A stretch of 64,000 bases of DNA, taken from NCBI GenBank assembly GCA_050945835.1, contig JBMNTR010000005.1, forward strand, positions 10,196 through 74,195. Reading direction: 5' to 3'. The stretch is from Christensenellales bacterium (GTDB lineage: Bacteria; Bacillota; Clostridia; Christensenellales; JBMNTQ01). Positions 43,494-55,712 of the stretch are shown one piece after another. A model generated the notes under the pieces. The model searched no databases. It worked only from the letters and a program-made list of their open reading frames with translations, and was not told the origin of the DNA. Numbering within the stretch: position 1 is the first letter of the stretch; the number at the start of each line of letters is the position of its first letter. The position numbers were made by a program, and so were the translations under genes.

Positions 43494-43682
43494 TTTGCGC
43501 GCCTTCTGTGAAATCGACCGCCCGATCATGTCCGCCTGGTTGACAATTCCCTTTAGGGCGCTGGACGAAACATCCTTTCGTATGCTATATTTTATACGTC
43601 AAACATAACCAATCCGCCCGTCTATGCGTATACTGAATGACGACCACAGGGAAGGAAAGAAAATAGCATTAGGAGGTGCATC

Positions 43683-44642
43683 ATGAAAAGATTTTTCTAT
43701 GTGCTGCTGGCTCTGCTCTTAGCCTTTACGCTCATCTCATGCAGCAGCGCAGGCCCCGACAACACAACGGGGCAACACGACAGCTCAAGTCCGCAAGACG
43801 CGGCCGGCGAAGCGGGCGCACCCGAGGCCCCTGAAGGCTACCCGTCCGAGGAGGACTATGGCGCTGTTCAGGATCAGGAGATGGGGCCTTCCTCCATCGT
43901 GCAGGACACGGACCGCATGCTGGTGTATACGGTGGATCTGGCCATGACCAGCTACGAATACGCCATCGATTATCAGAAGATCAAGACAGCTTCTGCAAAA
44001 TTCGGCGGGTTTGTGCAGCAGGAGGAAACGACGGGCACCCCGCCCACGGAGCACAACCCCCACGGCCGCTATACCAGCATGACGCTCAGGATACCCACCA
44101 AAAACCTCGATGCGTTCATGGATGCGCTCTCACAGGTGGGTACGCTGTTGTCCAAGAACATACAGTCAGACGACATCACCACGGATTACTACGACACGCA
44201 GGCCCGTGTGGAAATGCTCGAAAATCGCTACGACAAACTGAATGAGCACTACAAGGAAGCCAAAAAAATGGAGGATATCATCACCTTAGAACAGGAGATG
44301 AGCGATATACTCTATCAATTGGACAAATTGAAGGGCAGCGTGCGCAGCATGGATCAGAGCGTGGAATACGCGACGGTGTATCTGCAGCTTGAGGAGCTTG
44401 TGCGCGTGGCCGACGTGCCGGCTAAAACCGATTTTTCCGAACGGCTCGACGATTCATACGCGGGCGGCTGGCGTGCGATGGAGGAATTCGGCCAAGGGCT
44501 GCTCGTCTTTTTAGCGGGCGCATTCCCCGTACTGCTCGTGCTCGTCGTGCTGGCGGCTGTCGCTTTGACAGTTTGGCTGCTGGTACGTCGTTCTCAACGC
44601 AAAAGCAAAGCGGTTTCAGAGGCAAAAAAGGATCAGACCTGA
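43683..44642 (+). CDS. DUF4349-like lipoprotein with C-terminal TM helix
   Basis: Lipobox LISC; RMLVYTVDL, TLRIP, DITTDYYD.QAR, VEYATVYL. Confidence 0.75.
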   Translation: MKRFFYVLLALLLAFTLISCSSAGPDNTTGQHDSSSPQDAAGEAGAPEAPEGYPSEEDYGAVQDQEMGPSSIVQDTDRMLVYTVDLAMTSYEYAIDYQKIKTASAKFGGFVQQEETTGTPPTEHNPHGRYTSMTLRIPTKNLDAFMDALSQVGTLLSKNIQSDDITTDYYDTQARVEMLENRYDKLNEHYKEAKKMEDIITLEQEMSDILYQLDKLKGSVRSMDQSVEYATVYLQLEELVRVADVPAKTDFSERLDDSYAGGWRAMEEFGQGLLVFLAGAFPVLLVLVVLAAVALTVWLLVRRSQRKSKAVSEAKKDQT

Positions 44643-44685
44643 CGCTTTCTCTGGCGCGGGGAAAAATATTTAGCACAGCTTAAAG

Positions 44686-44717
44686 AAGAGGGAAGCAGGC
44701 CTGCTTCCCTCTTTTTT
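44686..44717 (+). terminator. Intrinsic terminator (28-bp perfect palindrome + T run)
   Basis: AAGAGGGAAGCAGG|CCTGCTTCCCTCTT followed by TTTT. Confidence 0.75.
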
Positions 44718-44821
44718 AACCACAATCCCAGAGCGGCTTGTGTGCAAAAGACTTATGAAGGTTTATCGCGCAGCAAAAAGCCGGGCGGCTTCGCCCGGCT
44801 GATCACCCGTTGCTTAAAAAT

Positions 44822-45268
44822 TCAGACTTTTCTTTCAAACACATGCTTGCATTGCGTGCACGTCACACGGATGCGGCCCTTGCCCTTGGGCGCACGCAAC
44901 TGCTGCCGGCAGCGCGGACATTTAAACACCGCAAAGTCCTGGTTTTGCTTCTTACGCTCGCCGGCCTGCCGCCTGCCCTGCGCGCTGAAGCGGTGTTTCT
45001 GCCTGTTATACCAGCCTTTCAAACGCGCTTTGGCGTTGTTGAGCATATAGGTGAAAGCAGCATCCTCCATGCGCCGTTTTTCGATATTGCGGGAAAACGC
45101 GCGCCATAGCGCAAACGCGACCAGCACAAGCGGGCCTAAGAAGTTGCCCCCATAGGTGAAGCTGCCCACGCTCAGCGATCCCATCAGATAGGAGACGAGC
45201 GCGAGCACCAAAAACAGCTTGCTGATGCCTTTGATCCCGTAGCGTCCATAAAACATTCGATTCAACAA
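44822..45268 (-). CDS. Conserved Firmicute membrane protein with C-terminal zinc ribbon
   Basis: FYGRYG, two TM helices, RAFSRN, CPRC..LRAPKGKG..CTQC; start uncertain. Confidence 0.72.
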   Translation of the reverse strand: MLNRMFYGRYGIKGISKLFLVLALVSYLMGSLSVGSFTYGGNFLGPLVLVAFALWRAFSRNIEKRRMEDAAFTYMLNNAKARLKGWYNRQKHRFSAQGRRQAGERKKQNQDFAVFKCPRCRQQLRAPKGKGRIRVTCTQCKHVFERKV

Positions 45269-45334
45269 AATGCCTAATTTCCTTTCTTGTTCCAAACTCT
45301 GAAAGAGAATCCAAGCCCAAACATCCAAATAATC

Positions 45335-46174
45335 CTAACGCACGCCTATCACCGTGCAGGGTACCTTTTCATAGATCAGCTCGCTGATCTTGTATTTGGC
45401 GTTGCCAATGATGACTTTTGTCCCCTGTTTGACCGGCTCTGTGATGAACTCCAGCTTGGCGCGCGCGCCGTTTGCGCCCGTACGGCTTGCACCCACGCAC
45501 ATCGCCTTGCTGGCCTCGATATTCTGCAGCACTTCCTCTGTGTCCTTGCCCGAAATCTCGTTGATCAGCGTTGTGCGGTCGTTGACATCCTCATAGATGC
45601 CGTCTACCGATGTCATGATGAGCAGAATGCGCGCACGCACCAGCGTGCAGATGACAGCGGCCGTCTCGTCGTTGTCCACACATTCCACAACAGGCGTGTG
45701 GTTTCCGACGCTTTTGTTGGCGTAGTCCGCCAGCTCCATGCGCCGGTTCTCCTCAAAGCTCACCGAATCGTTGTAGTTCACAATGGGGATGGCGTTCTGC
45801 ATGGCGGCGCGCAAAAGAAGCCTTCGTATGAACTCCCGTTTCTGCGGATCGTTGAAATGCTGGTGTTCCACCAACACCTGCCGTATGCCGTATGCGTCCT
45901 TGATATAGCGGCGGTAGTTCTCCATAAGGATCGACTGCCCCTGTGACGCGTAATCCGCCTTGACATCGTCCATATCGCCTATCAGCTCACGGCCGCTGCG
46001 GCGCAAATAATCCAGTCTGCCGATTTCGGTGGCGCCGGAGGTAACCCAGATCATGCCCGGACGCAGCTCCGCACCCAGGCGGCTGAATCGGTTGTGGTCT
46101 ATATCGTTGTCCTCCCGGCGAATAAGCGCCATGGAGCCGATTTTCCCCACCATTTCAAAATCAAAAGAAGCCAT
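45335..46174 (-). CDS. Amino-acid kinase family protein, glutamate 5-kinase (ProB)-like, no PUA domain
   Basis: GKIGS, VTSGA, GQSILM, NYNDSV, DNDETAA, TSVDGIY. Confidence 0.7.
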   Translation of the reverse strand: MASFDFEMVGKIGSMALIRREDNDIDHNRFSRLGAELRPGMIWVTSGATEIGRLDYLRRSGRELIGDMDDVKADYASQGQSILMENYRRYIKDAYGIRQVLVEHQHFNDPQKREFIRRLLLRAAMQNAIPIVNYNDSVSFEENRRMELADYANKSVGNHTPVVECVDNDETAAVICTLVRARILLIMTSVDGIYEDVNDRTTLINEISGKDTEEVLQNIEASKAMCVGASRTGANGARAKLEFITEPVKQGTKVIIGNAKYKISELIYEKVPCTVIGVR

Positions 46175-46460
46175 TTTTTCACCCGTATTCAAGACCCTTT
46201 TCCCCGTTTGAAGGGCAGTGAAAGGATCATTTTATCCATGTTGGACACCTTATAATAGATTATAATAAATACACAACCTTTGCAAGCCTTAATTGCAGCA
46301 CGCGCGCCGTTTCTGAGCGCTGCACAGCGGTATTTTAAAGCGATAAAAGCGAAGCAAGCGGGATTTCCAACATGCCCGCTTGCTTTTTTACCGTTCTTTA
46401 TTCTTAAAGAAGCACCCTCATAAAGAAATCTTTGCCGCACAGGTGTTTTTGCGCAATAAA

Positions 46461-47999
<1,539 letters not shown>

Positions 48000-48014
48000 A
48001 AGAGCACCACTGTC

Positions 48015-48761
48015 TTAATAGTTGACAACTTTGGAGAAATCCTCCGCTTTCAAGCTCGCACCGCCGATCAGGCCGCCGTCGATATGCTCGCAGGCCATCA
48101 GCTCCGCCACATTTTTGGGATTCATGCTGCCGCCGTACTGTATGCGCACCTTCTGCGCCGTCTCTTCGCCATACAGCTTTTCGATGGTGGCGCGGCAAAC
48201 GCCGTTCACTTCGTTGGCGTCCTCGGGGGTGGCTGTTTTGCCTGTGCCGATCGCCCAGATGGGCTCATACGCGATCACAATGCCGCTGGCTTGCTCTGCG
48301 CTGAGTCCTTCAAAGGCCGCCTCGACCTGGCCGCTCACCCACTGGTTGGTGATGCCCTGCTCGCGCTGTTCCAATGTTTCGCCCACACAGACGATGGGTA
48401 AAAGCCCGTGCGCAAGCGCCGCCTTGATCTTCTTGTTGACCGTCTCATCCGTTTCGGCAAAATACTGCCTGCGCTCGCTGTGTCCGATGATCACGTATTC
48501 GATGCCCATCTGCTTGAGCATCACCGGTGAAACTTCGCCCGTGTAGGCGCCCTTGTCTTCAAAATGCATGTTTTGCGCGCCTATACGGATATTGGTTCCT
48601 TCAATCGCTTCTTTTACGGCGGCAAGATCTGTAAAGGGCGGGCAGACCACCACATCGCATTTTGCGTCCTTCACCAGCGGAATGAGGCTTTCCACCAGCG
48701 CTTTGGCCTCGCTCACCGTCATATTCATCTTCCAGTTGCCTGCAATAATCGCTTTTCTCAT
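48015..48761 (-). CDS. tpiA: Triosephosphate isomerase
   Basis: [29 protein letters not shown]; GGAGG before ATG 48761. Confidence 0.98.
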   Translation of the reverse strand: MRKAIIAGNWKMNMTVSEAKALVESLIPLVKDAKCDVVVCPPFTDLAAVKEAIEGTNIRIGAQNMHFEDKGAYTGEVSPVMLKQMGIEYVIIGHSERRQYFAETDETVNKKIKAALAHGLLPIVCVGETLEQREQGITNQWVSGQVEAAFEGLSAEQASGIVIAYEPIWAIGTGKTATPEDANEVNGVCRATIEKLYGEETAQKVRIQYGGSMNPKNVAELMACEHIDGGLIGGASLKAEDFSKVVNY

Positions 48762-48798
48762 AAGTTGTGCTCCTCCCAATCCATTATAAAAATATTTT

Positions 48799-49983
48799 TT
48801 ATTTGTCATCCAACGCGGCCACGCCGGGCAGGGTTTTGCCTTCCAGGTATTCGAGCGACGCGCCGCCGCCGGTGGAGATGTGCGTCATCTGCTGCTCCAC
48901 GCCAAACTGCTTCACCGCCGCCGCCGAATCACCGCCGCCTATGATGGTCACAGCGTCTTTGTTTTGCGCCATCGCCTGCGCGACCGCTTTGGTCCCCGCT
49001 GCGAAGTTGGGCATTTCAAACACGCCCATAGGGCCGTTCCAGATGATGGTGCGCCCCTTTTCGATCTCTTCTGTGAACAGCTTTATGGTTTCAGGCCCCA
49101 TATCCAGCCCCATACGGTCGGCGGGTATTTCGGTAATGGGCAGGGGGTAGAAGTCTACATCGTTTTTAAATTCAGGCGCCGTTACGGTGTCCACAGGCAG
49201 CAGCAGCTTCACGCCCTTGCTCTTCGCTTTTTCCATCAGCTCCTGGGCCAGCTGCACCTTATCGGCCTCCAACAGGGAAGTACCCACTTCATACCCTTGT
49301 GCCTTTACGAAGGTATACGCCATGCCGCCGCCTATGATCAGGCTGTCCACCTTTTCCAGGAGATTATCGATCACGCCGATCTTATCGGAAACCTTGGCAC
49401 CGCCTAAGATCGCTAAAAAAGGGCGTGCAGGATTCTGCAGCGCCTGGTTGAGCACCTCTAATTCCTTGCCCAGCAAAAATCCGGCCACAGAAGGCAGATA
49501 ATGGGTCACGCCTTCGGTGGAAGCGTGTGCGCGGTGCGCCGAACCAAACGCATCGTTGACATACACATCCGCAAACGACGCCAGCTTCTTCGCGAATTCC
49601 GCTTCGTTCTTCGTTTCTTCCGGCTGAAAACGCACGTTTTCCAGCAGTATGATCTTATTTTCAGCCGCCTGTGCCACAGCCTGCTGCGCGCTTTCGCCGA
49701 TCACGTCCTGCGCGAATACGACTTCTTTGCCTGTGAGCTCCTGCAGCCGCTGCGCCACGGGAGAAAGCGAATACTTCGCCACAAACGCACCCTTGGGTCT
49801 GCCCATATGCGAACAGAGGATCAGCTTGCCCCCTTCTTTGAGCACATACTCGATGGTGGGCAGCGCAGCCCTGATGCGGATATCATCCGTAATCATGCCC
49901 TCGCCATCCAGCGGCACATTGAAATCAGCGCGCATTAACACCTTCTTGCCTTTTAGATCGATATCTTTCACCGTCTTTTTCAT
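48799..49983 (-). CDS. pgk: Phosphoglycerate kinase
   Basis: [42 protein letters not shown]; GGAGG before ATG 49983. Confidence 0.98.
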   Translation of the reverse strand: MKKTVKDIDLKGKKVLMRADFNVPLDGEGMITDDIRIRAALPTIEYVLKEGGKLILCSHMGRPKGAFVAKYSLSPVAQRLQELTGKEVVFAQDVIGESAQQAVAQAAENKIILLENVRFQPEETKNEAEFAKKLASFADVYVNDAFGSAHRAHASTEGVTHYLPSVAGFLLGKELEVLNQALQNPARPFLAILGGAKVSDKIGVIDNLLEKVDSLIIGGGMAYTFVKAQGYEVGTSLLEADKVQLAQELMEKAKSKGVKLLLPVDTVTAPEFKNDVDFYPLPITEIPADRMGLDMGPETIKLFTEEIEKGRTIIWNGPMGVFEMPNFAAGTKAVAQAMAQNKDAVTIIGGGDSAAAVKQFGVEQQMTHISTGGGASLEYLEGKTLPGVAALDDK

Positions 49984-50189
49984 CTGGTAATCCCTCCATT
50001 TTTCATGATCGTTCAGCTCATATTTGTATCTATCACAAGGCCTATTTTTCAACATCCTCAATAAATTATCATATATCAAAGCATTTTACTTGTCCAGCTA
50101 AGCAAACCTTGAATTTACCATGTTTTGAATTCTATTCCTGCTCTTTTTTTCATACATACTAGTTAAGATGTGCATAAAGGGGCGATGAT

Positions 50190-50813
50190 ATGAAGGACAC
50201 ATTAAGAAAAATCAACGGTCTGCGATGGCTTTGCATTTTAGTGGGAACGATTCTCTTCTTATACGGTCTCTTCGGGGCGATCTCGCCTGTGCACACACAG
50301 GAAGCGACGAACGGCATCGCTATAATCACCGTTTGCGAAAACGAGCAGGATATTCTGCTGGCCGCTTCCTGTAAAGCACAGTTAAGCGTAGCGCTTGCAG
50401 CCGAAGGAGCAACCATCGAAACGCTCACCTCCTTAGCCTTGCACAGCGGCCTTGAGGTGCTCACGCTGTATGACGGGCAGCTCTATACCGAAGCCGATCC
50501 TTACACAAACGCACAGCATGTGTTCAGCGCGTATGCCGGCCACATCGGTTCGCGGGGTGTTTTGTTCCATCACGAACCAGAGTCCGAGACAAACAGGCTC
50601 TATGTGCGCAACACACAAGGGGATTTAAAAGGTTTACAGCCGAAATACACAGCATACGGAGACGATCCCGCGCAATGCGAGGCCGTCGTCACGCTGTGCG
50701 GCCGCGAAACCGGGCCTTTGGCCGTGCTCTATTATCCGGGGAACGCTTTCCCGCTGGATCGTTTTGTAGAATGCTTCGACCGTGTGGTCTTCGCTTCCTC
50801 ATTGCCCATCTGA
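50190..50813 (+). CDS. Hypothetical membrane-anchored protein
   Basis: 207-aa ORF with N-terminal TM helix and AAGGGG RBS; weak resemblance to the divergent polysaccharide deacetylase barrel. Confidence 0.55.
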   Translation: MKDTLRKINGLRWLCILVGTILFLYGLFGAISPVHTQEATNGIAIITVCENEQDILLAASCKAQLSVALAAEGATIETLTSLALHSGLEVLTLYDGQLYTEADPYTNAQHVFSAYAGHIGSRGVLFHHEPESETNRLYVRNTQGDLKGLQPKYTAYGDDPAQCEAVVTLCGRETGPLAVLYYPGNAFPLDRFVECFDRVVFASSLPI

Positions 50814-50885
50814 TTTCATTTAATACTGGCATTATAAATCGATTATCGATCATTATTCCATAACATTCCATAGATTTTATTCGAG

Positions 50886-51120
50886 TTATCCACAAATATG
50901 CACAATTGTGGATAACTTTTGTGGATAACGCTGTTGAGTAATGGTGGGTAATTTTTAAAATTTTTCCAATGTGGGGCATGTTGATTACTTCGCACCATAA
51001 AAAACCTTTTTTACACATGGAAATGCACAGTGTTTTTTGGTATGATATGGCTGAGGAAATCACTTTTCCACATTGCCAAGACCCCTACTACTACGGTTAC
51101 GTCTACCAATTAATAAAAGA
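50886..51120. other. oriC: Probable oriC unwinding region: DnaA boxes plus DnaA-trios
   Basis: TTATCCACA 50886, ATATGCACA 50896, TGTGGATAA 50907 and 50920, TTTTCCACA 51064, then CCC-CTA CTA CTA CGG TTA CGT CTA (51085-51105) and an AT-rich tail, immediately upstream of dnaN. Confidence 0.8.
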
Positions 51121-51147
51121 ACACGTTTTATATACGAGGAGGTACCC

Positions 51148-52242
51148 ATGCATTTTACCTGTGAGAGAGACGATTTAAACGCTGCGCTGAGTATCGTACA
51201 AAAAGCACTGCCCACACGCACCACACTGAATACGCTAGAAGGTGTGTATATGGAGGCAAAGGAGGGGCATGTCTGTTTACGCTGCTGTGATTTAACTTTG
51301 CAGATCGATTCCGTGATCAGCGCGCAAGTACAGGAAGAAGGGGAGATGGTGCTGGGGAAGCTGCTCTTTGAAGTGGTGCGGCATCTGCCCAGCGGTGAGA
51401 TGGAGATCAAAGCGGTATCGGAAAATACAGCAAGGCTTACGAGTAATCGCTCCAAGGTCACATTGCAAGCCATGCCCTGTGACGATTATCCGCAGCTTTT
51501 GCAGCTGCGCGCCGCAAACGAAGTGAGTCTGCCCTGTACTGTGTTCAAGGATATGATCAAGCAGACCATCTTTTCGGTGAGCACCACGGATGTGCGCCCC
51601 ATACTCACCGGCGTGCTGCTGGAGCTGACCAAAGAAGGCGTGCATATGGTGGCTATGGACGGATACCGCTTGGCGCTTCGGAAATATCCCATGCCCTGCG
51701 CGCAGGAGGCCAAGCTCGTGATACCCGCCAAATCCTTAAACGAGATCGCGCGTATACTCGGGGACGAGGAGGATGTCAAGCTGATGTACGGTGGAGGCTA
51801 CGCTTCCGTGAACGTAGGGGACACCACGGTATGTACCCAGCTCTTCAATGGCGAATACATGAATTACAGGCAGCTCATCACAGGCGAATCGCAAACCCGC
51901 ATGATCATCGAAAGACAGGCATTTTTGGATAGCTTGGAGCGCGCGTCCGTGATGGCGCGCGAAGCGAAAAACAATCTGACAAAGCTCGGCGTCAAGCAGG
52001 ATAAGCTCATCATCACCTCCAATTCGGAGTTGGGGGAAACATACGACGAAATTCCCACCACGCTTGTCGGTCACGAGCTGGATATTGCCTTCAACGTGCG
52101 GTTTTTAACGGATGTACTCAAGGCGCTGCCCGATGAAGAGTTGGCGTTTGATTTCAATACCAATACGACCCCCTGCCTGATCAGACCGAAGGAAACGGAC
52201 GAATTCCTGTATATCGTGCTGCCTGTGCGCATCTATGCGTGA
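51148..52242 (+). CDS. dnaN: DNA polymerase III beta clamp
   Basis: RPILTGVL, MDGYRLA, IPAK, GEYMNY, IAFNVRFL, IVLPVR; GAGGAGG before ATG 51148. Confidence 0.95.
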   Translation: MHFTCERDDLNAALSIVQKALPTRTTLNTLEGVYMEAKEGHVCLRCCDLTLQIDSVISAQVQEEGEMVLGKLLFEVVRHLPSGEMEIKAVSENTARLTSNRSKVTLQAMPCDDYPQLLQLRAANEVSLPCTVFKDMIKQTIFSVSTTDVRPILTGVLLELTKEGVHMVAMDGYRLALRKYPMPCAQEAKLVIPAKSLNEIARILGDEEDVKLMYGGGYASVNVGDTTVCTQLFNGEYMNYRQLITGESQTRMIIERQAFLDSLERASVMAREAKNNLTKLGVKQDKLIITSNSELGETYDEIPTTLVGHELDIAFNVRFLTDVLKALPDEELAFDFNTNTTPCLIRPKETDEFLYIVLPVRIYA

Positions 52243-52254
52243 ACAGGCGCAAGG

Positions 52255-52285
52255 TTGTCCACAATGGTGTATAAAATGTGGATAA
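52255..52285. promoter_or_regulatory. DnaA boxes downstream of dnaN
   Basis: TTGTCCACA 52255 and TGTGGATAA 52277. Confidence 0.7.
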
Positions 52286-52375
52286 ATTTTCTGATTAAAA
52301 GTTTTAAAATTCCTTGTGGTGCATGGATTGCTGTGGTATAATAAACTTCACTGTTAAATTAAACGGAGGAATACA

Positions 52376-52612
52376 ATGGACGTATTGGAACTGATATTGA
52401 CGATCATCATGGCGCTATCCGCGGTTATCTTGATCATAACGGTTGCGCTTCAGGAAAGCAAAACGGCAGGCGTGCAGAGTGTGATGGGCGGGACGGATAC
52501 ATATTTCGGAAAAGGGAAATCCAGAGGCCGTCAGGCAAAGTTGATCAAAATCACCAAGATTTCGGCCATCATCTTCATGGTGCTCGGCGCGGTTGTGACC
52601 ATCGTTTTTTAA
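52376..52612 (+). CDS. secG: Preprotein translocase subunit SecG
   Basis: 78 aa, two TM helices, LQESKTAG..GG loop; upstream of rnr-smpB. Confidence 0.88.
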   Translation: MDVLELILTIIMALSAVILIITVALQESKTAGVQSVMGGTDTYFGKGKSRGRQAKLIKITKISAIIFMVLGAVVTIVF

Positions 52613-52805
52613 GAGCATACATATACCATCAAAAGGAGCGCTGCCTCACATGCGGTAGGGCTCTTTTGTTATTTCTTCATATCATAAAACTTTTATGTAA
52701 GAAAACAGGGATTATCTGGTAGAATATAAGGAAAGCTATGTGTAAAAGAGTTGAGCGCCGGATATCGGTCCGGCTGTGCGCAAGATGGGAGAGTAAAGAA
52801 AAGAG

Positions 52806-54941
52806 ATGAAGTTTAAAAAAGAGATCATAAATGCCTTGAAGCAAAACGGCAGTTTAAACGAAAAGGAGCTGTCTGTGCTGCTTCGGGTGAAGAAAAAAGA
52901 GGCGCGTAAATTACACACCGCTCTTTTAAGGCTGCTGGAAGAAGGCACGATCAGCGTGACGCGGCGGGGGAAATATAAGCTGAAAAAAGTAACACAGGCT
53001 GTGTATGTCACAGGCAGGCTGGCGGGAAACAAACGCGGCTTTGCGTTTCTGATTCGAGAGGACGGCGCCGGCGAGGATGTGTTCATACCGGCACAGAGAC
53101 TGGCCGGTGCGCTGCATGGGGACACGGTGCGCGCAAGCATAGCCCCGCACCACTACAACGGCCAAGAGGGGATCGAGGGCACGGTGGTGGAGATTTTACA
53201 GCGCGCCAACGACACCATCGTGGGCATATTTGAAGAACAGAGCAACGGCGGCGGCTGTGTGCTGCCTGCGGATGAGCGTATCAATCTGCAAATCGTGATA
53301 CCGCCCAAACACGCGAAAAAAGCCCAGGACGGGCAAAAAGTGGTGGCTGTCATATTGAATTACGGCGCTAAAGGCTATGCACAGGGCCGCATAGAGCGTG
53401 TGCTGGGCTATGCAGAGGACAAAGGCGTGAACGTTTCGGCGCTGCTGTATCAAAACGGCATACGCATGGAGTTCCCCCCCAAGGCGAAAAGGCAGGCGGA
53501 GCTCGCGCCGCAGCAGGTGAGCGAGGAAGAGCTTGCCGGGCGTACGGATTTGCGCCGGCAGACGATATTCACCATAGACGGCGCGGACGCAAAGGATCTC
53601 GACGACGCGGTCTCCATAGAGGAGCTGTCCGATGGAAACTTGCGGCTGGGCGTGCACATCGCGGATGTGAGCCATTACGTGGCACAGCATTCGCCGCTGG
53701 ACAAGGAAGCGCTGCTGCGGGGCAACAGCGTATACCCGGTGGATCGCGTGGTGCCCATGCTGCGCGAGGAATTGTCCAATGGAATCTGTTCGCTCAACCC
53801 CAAGGCAGACAGGCTGACATTGTCCTGCATCATGGACATCAACCCGTCCGGCGAAACGGTGTCCTACAGCATACACAAGAGCGTCATACACACCACGGAG
53901 CGCATGACGTATGTGGATGTGCAGAAGATACTGGAGGATGACGCGCAGATGCTCGCACGCTATGCGCACATTCAACAGGACATAAAGCGCATGGAAAGAC
54001 TGGCCAACATATTGAGCGCGCGCCGCAAGCGGCGGGGCAGCATCGACTTCAACACCAGCGAAGCCAAGATCACGCTGAAGGAGGACGGCACGCCGGACAC
54101 CATCACGCGGGTTGAGAGGCTGTTTGCGCATCGTTTGATCGAGGAGTTCATGCTGGCTGCCAACGAGACGGTCGCAAAGCACATCGCGCTGAAAAACGGA
54201 CCCTTCGTGTACCGTGTGCACGAGGTGATGGGGGAGGAAAAGGCGCGTGAACTGATGACTTTTTTAGGCGCTTTCGGCATCGATTTGACCAAAGACGCAA
54301 GCCAGGTGAAGCCTATGGAAGTGCAGCAGGCGCTTTTGGCCGCGCAGGGCAAAAAGGAGGAGCGGCTCATCAATATAACGGTGCTGCGCGCCATGAAGAA
54401 AGCGCGGTATGCCGCTGAAAACCTGGGGCATTTCGGGCTGGCAGCCACTTACTACTGTCATTTCACATCGCCTATCAGGCGCTACCCTGATCTGATGGTG
54501 CACCGCATGCTCAAAAAGGACATAGCGGGCGAATTGAACAAGGATGGTCAGACGGCAGACGAAAAAATGCGCATGGAGGAGATCGCGGTGCAGTGCAGCG
54601 CCTGCGAGCTGCGGGCCATGGAGGCGGAGCGGGCTGTGGAAAGCTATATGAAGGCGAAATACATGGAGCAGCGGCTGGGCGAGATCTACGACGGTGTGAT
54701 CAGCGGCATCACGCCCAACGGCGTGTTTGTGGAGCTGGATAATACCATCGAAGGGTTTGTGCGCTTGGAGGATTTGGGCAGGGAGCTGCGCTATGAAAAG
54801 GAATCCTACCGCTTTGTGGACGCTTCCGGGCGCGTCATCAGCATCGGGCAGCCTATGCGCGTGCAGGTGGCGGCCGCAAATGCCGAGCTGCGGCGCATCG
54901 ACTTTGTGCCGGTCGCAGATACCGATCCGCAGGTTTCATAA
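52806..54941 (+). CDS. rnr: Ribonuclease R
   Basis: GFAF cold-shock domain, [26 protein letters not shown]-terminal S1. Confidence 0.96.
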   Translation: MKFKKEIINALKQNGSLNEKELSVLLRVKKKEARKLHTALLRLLEEGTISVTRRGKYKLKKVTQAVYVTGRLAGNKRGFAFLIREDGAGEDVFIPAQRLAGALHGDTVRASIAPHHYNGQEGIEGTVVEILQRANDTIVGIFEEQSNGGGCVLPADERINLQIVIPPKHAKKAQDGQKVVAVILNYGAKGYAQGRIERVLGYAEDKGVNVSALLYQNGIRMEFPPKAKRQAELAPQQVSEEELAGRTDLRRQTIFTIDGADAKDLDDAVSIEELSDGNLRLGVHIADVSHYVAQHSPLDKEALLRGNSVYPVDRVVPMLREELSNGICSLNPKADRLTLSCIMDINPSGETVSYSIHKSVIHTTERMTYVDVQKILEDDAQMLARYAHIQQDIKRMERLANILSARRKRRGSIDFNTSEAKITLKEDGTPDTITRVERLFAHRLIEEFMLAANETVAKHIALKNGPFVYRVHEVMGEEKARELMTFLGAFGIDLTKDASQVKPMEVQQALLAAQGKKEERLINITVLRAMKKARYAAENLGHFGLAATYYCHFTSPIRRYPDLMVHRMLKKDIAGELNKDGQTADEKMRMEEIAVQCSACELRAMEAERAVESYMKAKYMEQRLGEIYDGVISGITPNGVFVELDNTIEGFVRLEDLGRELRYEKESYRFVDASGRVISIGQPMRVQVAAANAELRRIDFVPVADTDPQVS

Positions 54942-54954
54942 GGGGAGATTTGTC

Positions 54955-55425
54955 ATGAAAAAAGAAGGGGTCAAGGTCTTGGCGCAAAACAGAAAAGCGC
55001 GCCATGAATATTTTATTGAGGACATCTATGAAGCGGGCATCGCGCTGGTGGGCACGGAAGTGAAATCCATCAGGGCGGGCAAGCTGAATTTAAAGGAAAG
55101 CTATGTCATCATCAAAAACGGTGAGGCGTTTTTGATGGGCATGCATGTAAGCCCCTATGAAAAAGGGAATATATTCAACACCGACCCGCTGCGCACGCGC
55201 AAGCTGCTGCTCAACAAGCGTGAAATCAAAAGGCTGCAAACAGGCACACAGCAGCAAGGGTATGCGCTCATACCGCTGCGGGCATATTTGAAAAATTCGC
55301 TGGTCAAGATCGAAATCGCGCTGGCGAAGGGCAAAAAACTCTACGACAAACGCGCCGCCGAAGCGCAGCGCGACGCGAAGCGGGAGATAGACCGCAACAT
55401 AAGGCGGCAAGGAGAACACGCGTGA
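54955..55425 (+). CDS. smpB: SsrA-binding protein SmpB
   Basis: [29 protein letters not shown]; ATG 54955. Confidence 0.97.
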   Translation: MKKEGVKVLAQNRKARHEYFIEDIYEAGIALVGTEVKSIRAGKLNLKESYVIIKNGEAFLMGMHVSPYEKGNIFNTDPLRTRKLLLNKREIKRLQTGTQQQGYALIPLRAYLKNSLVKIEIALAKGKKLYDKRAAEAQRDAKREIDRNIRRQGEHA

Positions 55426-55444
55426 TCTAAAGAAAGCATAAGGG

Positions 55445-55480
55445 AGCCGCGGCGCAGAGGGATGCAGCCGCGGCTTTAAA
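55445..55480 (+). terminator. Hairpin after smpB
   Basis: AGCCGCGGC...GCCGCGGCT followed by TTAAATTT. Confidence 0.55.
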
Positions 55481-55712
55481 TTTACATCGCGTTGATGAAG
55501 AAGGGGTTGTGCGCCCCCCTCGAAGCTTGCCCGGCGGCTTCGCCGGGAACGAATATGCAGCCCTCTTGAACTCATGGGCATACAGCCTTCGCCGTTTGCG
55601 CACCGAAAAGGGAAGGCGGAAAGAAGGTGCGGCACGGACCCTTAGAGGGCATTTTTCAGCGCAAACGGTGAAGGCTGTCTATTCTATGGCTCATATAAGC
55701 CGGCCGGCTGTC

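Noticed and set aside
55426-55712. tmRNA (ssrA) downstream of smpB
   Set aside because: No TTCGA...CCACCA 3' end or matching acceptor stem, and the space is too short.
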